64,000 nt of DNA from Candidatus Fimihabitans intestinipullorum (GCA_018714965.1 DVML01000012.1:20830-84829), one strand, 5' to 3'; positions 1 through 9,486 are shown, counted from the stretch's first letter. Translations and numbers: made by a program. The notes: a model not told the origin generated them from the letters alone.

Positions 1-1
1 T

Positions 2-1249
2 ATGAGTTTCATGCTTGTTGGTATGAATACTGTTACCGCACTTACGACCAACGCCCCAGATACTGTAAAAATGGGGGTTGAAACATTATCACCTAAATAC
101 TTAGGTGGTACAGAAATTGGGTTTGTAACCCTTGCTGATGGTACGGTAGTCTTCTGTTTGAAAGCGTTGGCACCAACACCAAATCATGAAACATTGACTC
201 GTGGTGAGGAAGTAGATGGAGGAGTTCGTTATATTTTACAACACGGATATCCTAATGTAAGCATCACAGGAGAAGCATCTAAGGATCGTTATATTACACA
301 GATCGCACTTTGGTGGTATTTGGATCGTATCAATGGATACGGTGATGATAGTTTAAGTCCAGATGCGAACCTTTCACCAAACTTGAAAATTACTGGAGAA
401 GATCCATATGGGGTACGTCCAAAAGCAAAAAGTTTGATGGAACAAGCATTACAACATAGAAATGACAAACTACCAGCCTTAGATTTTCAATTGAAGACAG
501 AAGGTAGTGCATTAACATTATCGGCAGACGGAACATACTATCAATCAGGATTGATTTGGATTACATCAAATGCGAAGGTCTCTAACTTAGTTGTATCTGC
601 AAATGGTGCTCCAGCAGGGACGAAGTTTGTAGATCAAAATGGAAAAGAGAAAACGACATTCTCACCAAATGATAAGTTTAGAGTCATCGTTCCGGCGTCA
701 TCTGTAAAAGATATGACATTGGAATTTAGTATAGGGGTAGGCGCTAAGGTATCAACTGATACAGCATATGTTTATAAACCTTCAGATAGTAAAAAACAAA
801 GTATTGCAATTACATATACCAAAAGTGAAAACGTTACAAAGACCACTTCATTCAATTTGATCCGTACAGGTGTAAAAATTAGTAAGCAAGATATCGCAAC
901 GAATAAAGAACTTGCAGGAGCTAAATTAGTAATTAAGGATCAAAATGGAAATGTAGTAGAGGAATGGGTTTCTACAGGAGAACCACATTACATATATGAT
1001 TTACCTACCGGAACTTATACTTTAGAAGAAGTCGAAGCACCAGAGGGATATCAACTCAGTACAGAAAAAATTGAATTTGAAATAACCAAAGATGGGCTTG
1101 TAAAAGAAGTAGTTATGTATAATTCTGCAGTACCAGAAGTACCAGTTCCAGATACGGGAGTTAACGATGGTGTTTTACCGATTGCTGGAGCTAGTATGAT
1201 GATACTTGGAATTGGTTTGGTATATCGCCATGCAAAGAAAAGAGCATAA
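2..1249 (+). CDS. Cell-wall-anchored surface adhesin with a TQXA thioester domain, a Cna-B/SpaA-type domain and an LPXTG-like sorting signal; probably 5'-truncated by the window edge
   Basis: The Cys in 'VVFCLKALAP' plus 'YITQIALWWY' (TQxA motif) match Gram-positive thioester-domain adhesins. 'GVKISKQDIATNKELAGAKLVIKDQNGN...GTYTLEEVEAPEGYQL' looks like a Cna-B/SpaA isopeptide-type domain. The C-terminus is 'VPDTG', then a hydrophobic stretch, then 'RHAKKRA'. No signal peptide follows the first Met, so the true start is likely upstream of the window. Confidence 0.75.
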   Translation: MSFMLVGMNTVTALTTNAPDTVKMGVETLSPKYLGGTEIGFVTLADGTVVFCLKALAPTPNHETLTRGEEVDGGVRYILQHGYPNVSITGEASKDRYITQIALWWYLDRINGYGDDSLSPDANLSPNLKITGEDPYGVRPKAKSLMEQALQHRNDKLPALDFQLKTEGSALTLSADGTYYQSGLIWITSNAKVSNLVVSANGAPAGTKFVDQNGKEKTTFSPNDKFRVIVPASSVKDMTLEFSIGVGAKVSTDTAYVYKPSDSKKQSIAITYTKSENVTKTTSFNLIRTGVKISKQDIATNKELAGAKLVIKDQNGNVVEEWVSTGEPHYIYDLPTGTYTLEEVEAPEGYQLSTEKIEFEITKDGLVKEVVMYNSAVPEVPVPDTGVNDGVLPIAGASMMILGIGLVYRHAKKRA

Positions 1250-1910
1250 ATTTCAGTTGAAAAAAAGCCATATCATCTTGATTGGCTTTTTGCTCATTTT
1301 TGGAGGAATTTGGTTTTTCTGTAAGGATTATATTGGAACGATACGAGATGAAATTTTTCAAGAAAAAAATATGGAATTGTTTGAAACTACCGAACCTACA
1401 GATGAAATTGCTATGACGGAGAATGAGACACCACAAGTAGAGAATAATACGGAAGCCCCAGTTCAACAGGCTCCTGTATCTAATACTTCAAATCAAAATG
1501 CATTTATTGGAATATTAGAAATTCCAAAGATCAATTTGAAACGTGGTTTTGTTGATATAAATTCTAGTCAAAATAAGATTTCTAGAAATATTACAGTGAT
1601 TCAATCATCGACGTATCCAGATGTTGATAAGGGAAATCTTATTTTAGCGGCACACTCTGGACGAGGATATATTGCATTTTTTAAAAACTTATACAAGGTA
1701 CAAAAAGGAGATACCATTTACGTAACTTATCAATCGATGAAATATACTTATCAGGTTGTTAATATTTATGAACAGCAAAAAACAGGTACAGCTAAGATTT
1801 ATCGTGATACATCTAAGACGACTTTAACTTTAATTACTTGTACAAAAGATAGTAAAACTTTACAGACAATTTATATAGCTGAACTGGTAAATAAACAACC
1901 AGTCGCATAA
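1230..1910 (+). CDS. Sortase (cysteine transpeptidase)
   Basis: Basic N-terminus followed by a TM helix ('HIILIGFLLIFGGIWFF'), catalytic His context 'LILAAHSG', and catalytic 'LTLITCTKD' (TLxTC motif). It overlaps the 3' end of the adhesin gene. The start is uncertain: TTG at 1206 or ATG at 1230. Confidence 0.8.
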   Translation: MQRKEHKFQLKKSHIILIGFLLIFGGIWFFCKDYIGTIRDEIFQEKNMELFETTEPTDEIAMTENETPQVENNTEAPVQQAPVSNTSNQNAFIGILEIPKINLKRGFVDINSSQNKISRNITVIQSSTYPDVDKGNLILAAHSGRGYIAFFKNLYKVQKGDTIYVTYQSMKYTYQVVNIYEQQKTGTAKIYRDTSKTTLTLITCTKDSKTLQTIYIAELVNKQPVA

Positions 1911-1928
1911 GGAAAGGAGGGATATGAT

Positions 1929-3272
1929 ATGGCTCAAATGACTTTATTTGAAAAAATAGGTCGGCTTTTCGATGCCTTAATATCATCACCACTTCTTGTT
2001 CTTATTTGCTTTATGGTAGCACTTGTCTTTGGATACTTTATGTTTGAAAAAGAACAGAGTGGAAAAACAAAGCAAAATATATTATTGTTTTATATTATTC
2101 TTTCAGTTGTTGTTGTGATGCAATATTGGGATTATATTTCTAAAATGTTTGAACAACTTATGAGAGATATATTAGAAGTGTATTATTTTCCAAGTTTATC
2201 TGTCTTCTTTGGATTATTTATACTATTAAATATTCTAGGTATACGTTATTATTTAAAGCACGGAGAGAAGCATAAAATCGAGAAATCTATATCTATTATT
2301 AGTTGTGCTCTCTCATGGATATTATTAATGTCATTTTTTACAATTGCAGGGACAGAGAACGTCGATATATGGAATGGTACACAAATGTATACAAATGAAA
2401 CGTTACTTGCAATTTTAGAGTTATTTATGAGTTTATTCGTCTTTTCTGGAATCAGTATTGCAGTTGTATCTACTTATAAGAATTTAGCATATGATGAAGT
2501 ACCAGAAACAATAGAGAAAACTGTACCACAAGCTGTTCCAGTTGTAGAGGAAGAGAAAAAAGTTCCGTTCCATATGCCAAAAGTTGCTTGGAAGGAAGCA
2601 CTTTCGGCAATTTTCTCTAAACCTACACCTTCTTATCGTGTAGAAGCAGAAAGTTACGGAATGAAGCCAGTGACCAATTTATATACAGCTGTTGAAATAC
2701 AAAATGACGTAAAGCAAGAAGAGGCAACTCCTGTTGTGCAAACTTACGATACTATGCCACAGTTAGAACCAGTGACAAATGTAGAAGTAGAGTCAGCACC
2801 AGAGGAGCAAAAAACTTTAGCAACCAACGAACCAAACGTAGTAATGCAACAAGGAATTCCTATTATTATGAACTTGGAAGATTACTATACAAAAGATCCA
2901 TTAGATGATGTAAAAGTGGATCAACCAGTTACACCGAAAGTTGCGAAAGAACAAAGCTTTATTCAAAAACTTGTTCCAGTCGTAGAGAAAAAGGAAGAAG
3001 AGATTGCTGTTCAAATGAAACCAGTCATTTCATTCCAACCAAAAGAAGAAGCTGCTGTACAAGTTGAAACACAAGAAGAACCTTCATATAACGTTGAGAC
3101 ACCAAATTATTATAATACCCCAGAACCATCTTTATTTGATTTGATGTTTCAAGAATCTTCGTTTCATAAAAACGAAGAAATCGTTCGATTGAAGCAGCAA
3201 TATGATGCTATCGATCGTGAAATCGCAGCGTATGAAAATAAGCGTTCTCAATATAAAGAAGTTTCAGAATAA
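1929..3272 (+). CDS. Polytopic membrane protein with a long Pro/Glu/Val-rich C-terminal tail; function unknown
   Basis: AAGGAGG lies 8 nt upstream of the ATG. Several hydrophobic helices occupy the first ~190 aa, followed by low-complexity 'VPQAVPVVEEEKK...' sequence. I recognise no family. Confidence 0.6.
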   Translation: MAQMTLFEKIGRLFDALISSPLLVLICFMVALVFGYFMFEKEQSGKTKQNILLFYIILSVVVVMQYWDYISKMFEQLMRDILEVYYFPSLSVFFGLFILLNILGIRYYLKHGEKHKIEKSISIISCALSWILLMSFFTIAGTENVDIWNGTQMYTNETLLAILELFMSLFVFSGISIAVVSTYKNLAYDEVPETIEKTVPQAVPVVEEEKKVPFHMPKVAWKEALSAIFSKPTPSYRVEAESYGMKPVTNLYTAVEIQNDVKQEEATPVVQTYDTMPQLEPVTNVEVESAPEEQKTLATNEPNVVMQQGIPIIMNLEDYYTKDPLDDVKVDQPVTPKVAKEQSFIQKLVPVVEKKEEEIAVQMKPVISFQPKEEAAVQVETQEEPSYNVETPNYYNTPEPSLFDLMFQESSFHKNEEIVRLKQQYDAIDREIAAYENKRSQYKEVSE

Positions 3273-3294
3273 GGAGATTCTATCTCCTTTTTTC
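3271..3294 (+). terminator. Rho-independent terminator
   Basis: Perfect 8-bp stem aaggagat/atctcctt with a 3-nt loop, followed by a T-run. Confidence 0.8.
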
Positions 3295-3351
3295 ATTGTA
3301 AAGAGAGTGCTCTCGTGGTATAATCAAAAAGGATGGAACGAGAGTGATCAT

Positions 3352-3837
3352 ATGGAAGAGAAAATAGAATTGATTTTACAATATTTACAAAATAAAGAAC
3401 AAACATTAGCGACGATGGAATCGTGTACAGGAGGAGCATTAGCCAACGCTATTACAAATATAGAGGGATCTTCTTATGTTTTCCATTTTGGCGCTGTTAC
3501 TTATAGTAATGAATATAAAATTGAAATGGGTGTCGATGCCGATACGATAGAAAAATATACAGTCTATAGTATTGAAACAGCTCGCTCTATGGCAAGTGCA
3601 ATTGCAAAGAAAGCTGATGCCAATTATGGAATTGGAATTACTGGAAGATTTGGAGTAGAGGATCCATCAAATCCAGGCGGAAATCAAAATATTGTGTATA
3701 TTAGTATATACGATAAAGGGCAGGATGCGTATATTGATCAAACGATTAGTTTAGGACATTTCGAAAGAGAACAATGCAAGCGAACAGTTGTGCAATTAAC
3801 CATTCAAAAGTTATTTGATCATTTATTTCAAAAATAA
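3352..3837 (+). CDS. pncC: CinA C-terminal-domain protein / nicotinamide-nucleotide (NMN) amidohydrolase PncC-like
   Basis: 'LATMESCTGGALANAITNIEGSSYVFHFGAVTYSNEYK' is the conserved CinA_C/PncC core. I take the start at 'MEEKIELI' (3352). The longer ORF from 3202 overlaps the previous gene and crosses its terminator. Confidence 0.8.
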   Translation: MEEKIELILQYLQNKEQTLATMESCTGGALANAITNIEGSSYVFHFGAVTYSNEYKIEMGVDADTIEKYTVYSIETARSMASAIAKKADANYGIGITGRFGVEDPSNPGGNQNIVYISIYDKGQDAYIDQTISLGHFEREQCKRTVVQLTIQKLFDHLFQK

Positions 3838-3848
3838 GGAGGAAAATC

Positions 3849-4937
3849 ATGAAAAAAAGAAAATTACGAAAGCTCGCAATCATTTGTATTCTCGTTTTGA
3901 TTTTGATCGTGATTTTCATGTTGTTCTTTAACCCATTTTTACATTTATCTTTGAAAGGTAAAAAGATTATAACAGTAGAAGTAAATGAGTCTTTTAAGGA
4001 TCCTTTGGTAAATGCAACTTTTTTTGGAAAAGATGTATCTGATGATGTCAGCAAAACAAAAATTAAAACTGATAAGATAGGACGTTATACAGTCGAATAT
4101 AAATTAAAAAAAGGATGGACGGTAAAGAAGGTTAAAAGAACAGTTGAAGTTGTAGATACGACTAAACCAGAAATAGCACTCGTTGGCAATACGACAGTAT
4201 CTTTAAAAGTTGGTGAATCATATGTAGAACCAGGATTTACTGCAACGGATAATTATGATGGTGATTTAACTGATAAGGTGAAGGTGAAAGAAAATGTCGA
4301 TACTTCTAAAAAAGGTGAATATAAAGTTACCTATACAGTGGAAGATAGTAGTCATAACAAGTCATCTTTAGAAAGAACAGTAATCGTTGAAAATCAATCG
4401 AAAGAAGGAAGCGGTGGCTATAGTAATATAGAGATGGGACCTAAATATATCGATGGTATTTTAATCGTAAATAAGCAGTATGCATTGCCGAAAAGTTATG
4501 GAAATGGAGTGGATCCAACAGCACAGTCTGCGTTATCTTCACTTCAAGCTGGAGCAAAGGCAGCAGGCTTTTCGATGCCACTATTATCTGGATATCGTAG
4601 TTATCAAACACAAGTGAATTTATATCAGAGATATGTAAACAGAGATGGACAAGCAATGGCAGATACTTATTCTGCTCGTGCAGGTCATTCTGAACATCAA
4701 ACAGGGCTTGCTTTTGACGTTGGCTCTATTGATGATAATTATGGAACGACGCCTGCAGGAAAGTGGTTAGTACAACATTGTGCAGAATATGGATTTATCT
4801 TACGTTATCCAAAGGGAAAAGAATATATTACAGGATACCAGTATGAACCTTGGCATATAAGATACGTTGGTAAGAAAGTTGCAAAAGAAATTATGAATAA
4901 GGGGATTACATTAGAAGAATATTTAGGTGTCGCGTAA
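3849..4937 (+). CDS. Membrane-anchored VanY/M15-family D-alanyl-D-alanine carboxypeptidase with N-terminal Ig-like (DUF5011-type) domains
   Basis: N-terminal TM helix. 'TKPEIALVGNTTVSLKVGESYVEPGFTATDNYDGDLTDKV' is an Ig-like repeat. The C-terminal 'SGYRSYQTQVNLY...SEHQTGLAFDV...YEPWHIRYVG' motifs are typical of VanY. Confidence 0.8.
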   Translation: MKKRKLRKLAIICILVLILIVIFMLFFNPFLHLSLKGKKIITVEVNESFKDPLVNATFFGKDVSDDVSKTKIKTDKIGRYTVEYKLKKGWTVKKVKRTVEVVDTTKPEIALVGNTTVSLKVGESYVEPGFTATDNYDGDLTDKVKVKENVDTSKKGEYKVTYTVEDSSHNKSSLERTVIVENQSKEGSGGYSNIEMGPKYIDGILIVNKQYALPKSYGNGVDPTAQSALSSLQAGAKAAGFSMPLLSGYRSYQTQVNLYQRYVNRDGQAMADTYSARAGHSEHQTGLAFDVGSIDDNYGTTPAGKWLVQHCAEYGFILRYPKGKEYITGYQYEPWHIRYVGKKVAKEIMNKGITLEEYLGVA

Positions 4938-4950
4938 AGAAGGAGAAAAT

Positions 4951-5505
4951 ATGGAAGATGGTTTAATATATGAACATGATTTACATGATGTTTTAGAAAT
5001 TCAACAGGCATTATTAACGTTTGTAAAAGAACATGAGGAAATGATAAAATCACACTATACTTTGAGTGTAGATTATCATTTTGAAGATGATTTGAAAACA
5101 ATTTCAGATATCAAACGATTAGTGGAACAAACCGAAATGCAACAAAAACTTTATTGCATTTATATGAATCATATAAATCGTTTAACGGACGAAGTCTTAA
5201 TTCAAAAGTTTGCAACAATGATTGGATTAACAAGATTGCTTGTCAATTATCCACAGCTGTTTGATAGAAAGTCAGTAGAATTGCTCAATTTGGCAGCTAT
5301 TTATAATGAGACGAAGGATAGTAACTTATTTATTACAGAATCTTTCCTACTTTCTACTGAGGAATATCATAAAGCGTTAGAAGAAAAAGTAGAATATCTG
5401 CTCCCATTTTCGTCAGATACTTCAAAATTAAATTGGCATAAAGAAACGATAGAGGATGAATATGAGGCTAATCTTATGAAAAAATCTAATGGAATTTTAC
5501 ATTAA
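4951..5505 (+). CDS. Hypothetical cytoplasmic protein
   Basis: ORF with AAGGAGAA 5 nt upstream of the ATG at 4951. No family recognised. Confidence 0.5.
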   Translation: MEDGLIYEHDLHDVLEIQQALLTFVKEHEEMIKSHYTLSVDYHFEDDLKTISDIKRLVEQTEMQQKLYCIYMNHINRLTDEVLIQKFATMIGLTRLLVNYPQLFDRKSVELLNLAAIYNETKDSNLFITESFLLSTEEYHKALEEKVEYLLPFSSDTSKLNWHKETIEDEYEANLMKKSNGILH

Positions 5506-5533
5506 AAAGATCTCTTGAACCAAGAGATCTTTT
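5505..5533. terminator. Bidirectional rho-independent terminator between convergent genes
   Basis: Perfect 13-bp inverted repeat aaaagatctcttg-aac-caagagatctttt, with an A-run and T-run on either side. Confidence 0.85.
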
Positions 5534-6443
5534 AATTTGTTTCTAATCGGTATAGATAGATAGATGGACGATTAAATAAGCGATATGGATAGGAAGATGT
5601 TCCAAGTCCATTCGATATGTACAATTCAGTACCGTCGATATTATAATGCTCATTATAATATTCTTTTGCTCCTTTTGGAGTAATGACTGCTCCAATGAAA
5701 GGCAGTCTTACTTGCCCATGGTGAGAATGTCCAGCAAGAGCTAAATCAAATTTTTCATAATCGATATTTTTTATGTAATCTGGTTCGTGTAGCAATAATA
5801 TCGCATATTGATAGGAACCTTCTACACTTTGTTTTATCGTATTCATATAATCAAAGGTTGGTTTCATTTTATCGCTAATATTTTTTGTGTCGTTCAGGTT
5901 ACTACTGACTCCGGCGATTAAAATAGGATCATAGCTATCTTTATAAATGAGTTCGTAAGTATCATTTAAATTGGTGAACCCGCTATTTTTTATAACCGTT
6001 TCCCATTCTGTAAACTTTACGTCGTGATTACCAGTAATTGCATATTTTCCAACGCTAGCATCTATTTTCATCAGCGCTTCAGATATATCGGTGAAATCAT
6101 TTTCTTGATATTCTGTATTTTTATCGAAGAGATCACCAGTTAATACGACAATATCTGGTTTCATTTTATTTATCTTTTGAACAATTTTATTTAATTCTTC
6201 TTTATATATTGTTGTATTGTAGTGAATATCTGATAATTGCACGATTTTAAACCCATGATAGTCGCTAGGAAGATTCTGGTTGATAACTTTTATTTCTCGT
6301 ACCTCGATTTTAGATGTAGCTATATACCTACTATATAAAATAACTCCAGCGATGAATATCAAGAGGAATAAAATAATCATGGCAATCTTTTGCCACAATG
6401 TAAATTTAGATTCTTTTTTTTGTGCGTGTTTTTTCTTTGCCAT
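5532..6443 (-). CDS. Membrane-anchored metallophosphoesterase (calcineurin-like, YkuE-type)
   Basis: N-terminal TM helix, then the motifs 'QLSDIHY', 'TGDLFD', 'GNHD', 'LLHEPD' and 'GHSHHGQ'. Confidence 0.8.
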   Translation of the reverse strand: MAKKKHAQKKESKFTLWQKIAMIILFLLIFIAGVILYSRYIATSKIEVREIKVINQNLPSDYHGFKIVQLSDIHYNTTIYKEELNKIVQKINKMKPDIVVLTGDLFDKNTEYQENDFTDISEALMKIDASVGKYAITGNHDVKFTEWETVIKNSGFTNLNDTYELIYKDSYDPILIAGVSSNLNDTKNISDKMKPTFDYMNTIKQSVEGSYQYAILLLHEPDYIKNIDYEKFDLALAGHSHHGQVRLPFIGAVITPKGAKEYYNEHYNIDGTELYISNGLGTSSYPYRLFNRPSIYLYRLETN

Positions 6444-6472
6444 AGGATCACCATGTTTATTTTATCATAGAA

Positions 6473-6494
6473 TAAAAAAAAGACCAATGGTCTT
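6473..6494 (-). terminator. Rho-independent terminator (minus strand)
   Basis: On the minus strand, aagacca-ttgg-tctt hairpin followed by T8. Confidence 0.65.
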
Positions 6495-7200
6495 ATCCAA
6501 ATAATAGTACGAGTACTTGTAAACTCATTAAGATACCATTATGTACAAAATGAAGTCCACTACCTACGAATACATTATTTGATTTTGTTAATACGTATGC
6601 AAATACAAATCCTGGAATACTATATGGGATCAGATATAAAATATCTATCCATGTATTTACATTTCCAATAACATGCATTCCACCGAAGATAAGTCCAGAT
6701 ACGATGATAAATAACCAATCTGTATGGGGAAAAATATTACGAATGGAAAGTCTAAATACCAATTCTTCCATGAGTGGTGCAATTACTACTGCCGATAAGT
6801 ACATGTAGATAGGCATTTCACTAAAAATAGAACGAATTAATTCTTCGTTTCCGGCAGTACTTTGTGGTTCGATCATTAGGATAATAAGGTTGCTTAGCAT
6901 CATGAGGCCTAACATTAAGAACCAGTATTTAAAATATTTTTTGAAATAGGTTCTATGATTTTTTTTAAGATCGTTCCATTGCTTTTTTAACTGATCTCTT
7001 AATAAGTACATGATAATTGCTAGAGTTATTACTTCGTAGGCAAACATGTAGATTGCTTTCGTAATGTTTGGTAACGTAGCTGTATCAATGCCAAGTAATG
7101 CGAATGGGAGCACTTCTAAGTAAGGTAGTATGAAATATGCTAGGATGGAAAGGGTTCCGGCAATCGCAATTTTTATATCGTATTTTGAAGCTTTTGTCAT
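6493..7200 (-). CDS. CPBP-family intramembrane glutamic endopeptidase (CAAX protease-like)
   Basis: Polytopic membrane protein with 'APLMEELVFRLSIRN', 'FGGMHV' and 'HFVHN' motifs. I take the start at 'MTKASKY' because GGAGA lies 8 nt upstream. The ORF extends to 7215. Confidence 0.8.
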   Translation of the reverse strand: MTKASKYDIKIAIAGTLSILAYFILPYLEVLPFALLGIDTATLPNITKAIYMFAYEVITLAIIMYLLRDQLKKQWNDLKKNHRTYFKKYFKYWFLMLGLMMLSNLIILMIEPQSTAGNEELIRSIFSEMPIYMYLSAVVIAPLMEELVFRLSIRNIFPHTDWLFIIVSGLIFGGMHVIGNVNTWIDILYLIPYSIPGFVFAYVLTKSNNVFVGSGLHFVHNGILMSLQVLVLLFG

Positions 7201-7316
7201 TTTTATCATCTCCATGTTATTATTATACCAAGTTTTCCTAAAAATGTCTTGTATAATTCATCATATGTAAAAAATATACGTTTATGTTATAATGTGTAGG
7301 AAGGGAGAAGATAGTT

Positions 7317-7907
7317 GTGTTATACATAAAAAGAGGAACACTGGAAGATTTAGAACGTATATATCCTTTTTATGTGCAAGACTTTCCGAGAAGTGAGAGG
7401 AAACCTTATCGGATTTTAAAAAAATTGATGAACCATAATATCGGTGAGTTACAAATATTGTACGATGATAAAATATGGGTGGGCTATGCCTTTTTGATCG
7501 TACAGAAGAATCAAAGGGTAGTATGGCTTGATTATTTAGCAATTCGCGATGGTATGCGTAGCCGTGGATATGGTGAGAAATTAATCGCAAAATTAAAAGA
7601 TTCTTATCGTACTTACGATGCTCTATTTGGTGAAGTAGAGAGGGTAGAACATTTTTTGCCTGAATCTTTGAATCAACTTCGTATTCGTCGCATTCGATTT
7701 TACGAACGATTAGGATTTGAACTTATGAATAATTATGTGATTAGATTATGGGATGTAAATTATGTTCCGGTATATGTGACGACAAAGGAAAAGATATCTC
7801 ATCTGAAAATGGCTTCTTATATTGAATCTTTTTATGATCTATTTTATGGATCTTATTTTAAAACAGAGGAGGATTATCATCGATGCATATCGTTTTATCA
7901 TAAATAA
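7317..7907 (+). CDS. GNAT-family N-acetyltransferase
   Basis: 'YLAIRDGMRSRGYGEKLIAKL' matches the acetyl-CoA-binding motif (Q/RxxGxG/A). GTG start with AAGGGAGAAG upstream. Confidence 0.6.
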   Translation: MLYIKRGTLEDLERIYPFYVQDFPRSERKPYRILKKLMNHNIGELQILYDDKIWVGYAFLIVQKNQRVVWLDYLAIRDGMRSRGYGEKLIAKLKDSYRTYDALFGEVERVEHFLPESLNQLRIRRIRFYERLGFELMNNYVIRLWDVNYVPVYVTTKEKISHLKMASYIESFYDLFYGSYFKTEEDYHRCISFYHK

Positions 7908-7943
7908 AATTGTGCTACATATGATAAAAATGAGGAAAAGGCT

Positions 7944-8010
7944 TTGTTATTTTTTGAATATGTGGTATAATACTCATGGAATTGCAGGAAGAGTGGGACA
8001 TCCCACTCTT
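7944..8010 (+). promoter_or_regulatory. Putative promoter of the rimP-nusA-infB operon, followed by a 5' stem-loop
   Basis: TTGTTA (7944-7949), 16 nt, then an extended -10 TGgTATAAT (7963-7971). Next comes the inverted repeat aagagtggga/tcccactctt (7989-8010), just ahead of the GGAGGA RBS. Confidence 0.45.
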
Positions 8011-8030
8011 TCATGTAGATGGAGGAATTT

Positions 8031-8285
8031 ATGGAAATTACGAAGAAAGTGGATATGCTAGTACGTGATGTGATCGAAGAAAATGGATATCGGTTAGATG
8101 AAGTGCTATATGAAAAGGAAGGTAGCATGATGTTTTTACGCCTGATTATAGATAAAGAAGGTTTCATCGATGTCGATGATTGCGTCGCTGTTAGTAAATT
8201 AGTGAACCCTATTTTAGATGAAGCAGATCCGATTGAGGAAAATTATATATTAGATGTATGTTCGAAAGAGAAAGGTTGTGAATAA
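8031..8285 (+). CDS. rimP: Ribosome maturation factor RimP, N-terminal domain only (about 84 aa)
   Basis: 'VIEENGYRLDEVLYEKEGSMMFLRLIIDKEGFIDVDDCVAVSKLVNPILDEADPIEENYILDVCS' matches the RimP N-domain up to the usual '...LEVSSPG' point, and the ORF stops shortly after. Its position upstream of nusA is conserved. Confidence 0.65.
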   Translation: MEITKKVDMLVRDVIEENGYRLDEVLYEKEGSMMFLRLIIDKEGFIDVDDCVAVSKLVNPILDEADPIEENYILDVCSKEKGCE

Positions 8286-8286
8286 G

Positions 8287-9486
8287 ATGGATGCTAAAGC
8301 ATTTAAGAAAGCAGTAGATTTATTAGTAAAAGAAAAGGGAATTGACGAAAAAGTAATATATGATGCAATGGAGTTAGCGCTTACTTCAGCATATAAGAAG
8401 AACTATAATTCTCTTTCTAATGTCAGAGTAAATATCGATCCTGAATCAGGAGAAATCCACGTATATTCTTATAAAACAGTTGTAAATGATCCAGATGAGT
8501 ATGGATTAATCAATGGGAAGGAAATCGATGAGTGGTATGATGCACACGATGAAGATGCAGAGGAAGAGCCACAGTTAGATGAAGATGGAAATCCAATTGT
8601 AGAGGAACCACCAAAGGAAATCAAATTTGATGAACGAATTCATTTGACTTTAGCACAAGCACAGAAACTTGTTCCAGGAATCGAAATTGGAGAAACGATT
8701 GAAGAAGAAGTTACACCAAAGGATTTTGGTCGTGTTGCTGCTTCTACGGCAAAACAAGTTGTCGTTCAAAAAATTCGCGAAGCTGAGAGAAATAACATTA
8801 TCGAAGAATTTAACGATAAGCAGGATGAAATGGTTACAGGGACGGTAGCGATGGAAGACGTTCGCAATTACTATATCGACTTAGGAAAGACACAAGGAAT
8901 TTTACCGAAGTCAGAGATTATTCCAGGTGAGACGGTAAAAATGGGTTCTAGTATTAAAGTATATATTACAAAAGTTGAGAATAATACGAAGGGACCACTT
9001 ATTTTACTATCTAGAAGTCACTATGGATTTGTAAAGAGATTATTCGAGTTAGAAATTCCAGAGATTCAGGAAGGAATCATTCTTGTTCATAGTGTTGCAC
9101 GTGAAGCTGGAGTTAGAACGAAGATTGCAGTTTCTAGTGAGCTAGCAAATGTCGATCCAGTAGGATCATGTATCGGAGAACATGGAAGTAGAATCAATCG
9201 TATTATTAGTGAATTAAATGGTGAGAAGATCGATGTGATTCCATACGATAACGATGATATGAAATTTATCGAAGCAGCACTCAGTCCAGCAAAAAATGTG
9301 CATGTTTTAATTACTGATGAAAAGAAAAGAGAGGCAATTGTCATCGTCGATAATGACAACTTGTCTTTGGCAATTGGAAAACGTGGATTAAATGTTAGAT
9401 TAGCAGCACGTTTAACAAAATATAAAATTGATGTGAAGACATACGAACAAGCAAGAGAAATGGGAATTAATTTAATCGAAGGGTAA
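8287..9486 (+). CDS. nusA: Transcription termination/antitermination factor NusA
   Basis: N-terminal domain, S1 domain and two KH domains ('VDPVGSCIGEHGSRI', 'LSLAIGKRGLNVRLAARLT'). Operon context rimP-nusA-ylxR-infB. Confidence 0.95.
   Translation: MDAKAFKKAVDLLVKEKGIDEKVIYDAMELALTSAYKKNYNSLSNVRVNIDPESGEIHVYSYKTVVNDPDEYGLINGKEIDEWYDAHDEDAEEEPQLDEDGNPIVEEPPKEIKFDERIHLTLAQAQKLVPGIEIGETIEEEVTPKDFGRVAASTAKQVVVQKIREAERNNIIEEFNDKQDEMVTGTVAMEDVRNYYIDLGKTQGILPKSEIIPGETVKMGSSIKVYITKVENNTKGPLILLSRSHYGFVKRLFELEIPEIQEGIILVHSVAREAGVRTKIAVSSELANVDPVGSCIGEHGSRINRIISELNGEKIDVIPYDNDDMKFIEAALSPAKNVHVLITDEKKREAIVIVDNDNLSLAIGKRGLNVRLAARLTKYKIDVKTYEQAREMGINLIEG

Noticed and set aside
3202-3351. N-terminal 50-aa extension of the CinA/PncC ORF. 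Similar 5' extensions appear in the track for ORFs at 12289, 16616, 20003, 22709, 25765, 41446, 42361, 46593, 48625 and 56301.
   Set aside because: The extensions run through upstream terminators or coding regions and lack an RBS. Internal ATG or GTG codons with good Shine-Dalgarno spacing match the conserved N-termini of the respective families.
7822-8167. Two ORFs (7822-8061 on the plus strand, 7898-8167 on the minus strand) spanning the GNAT-rimP spacer.
   Set aside because: They overlap the putative rimP promoter, the 5' hairpin and the rimP coding start. They have no RBS, and the region is better explained as regulatory sequence.
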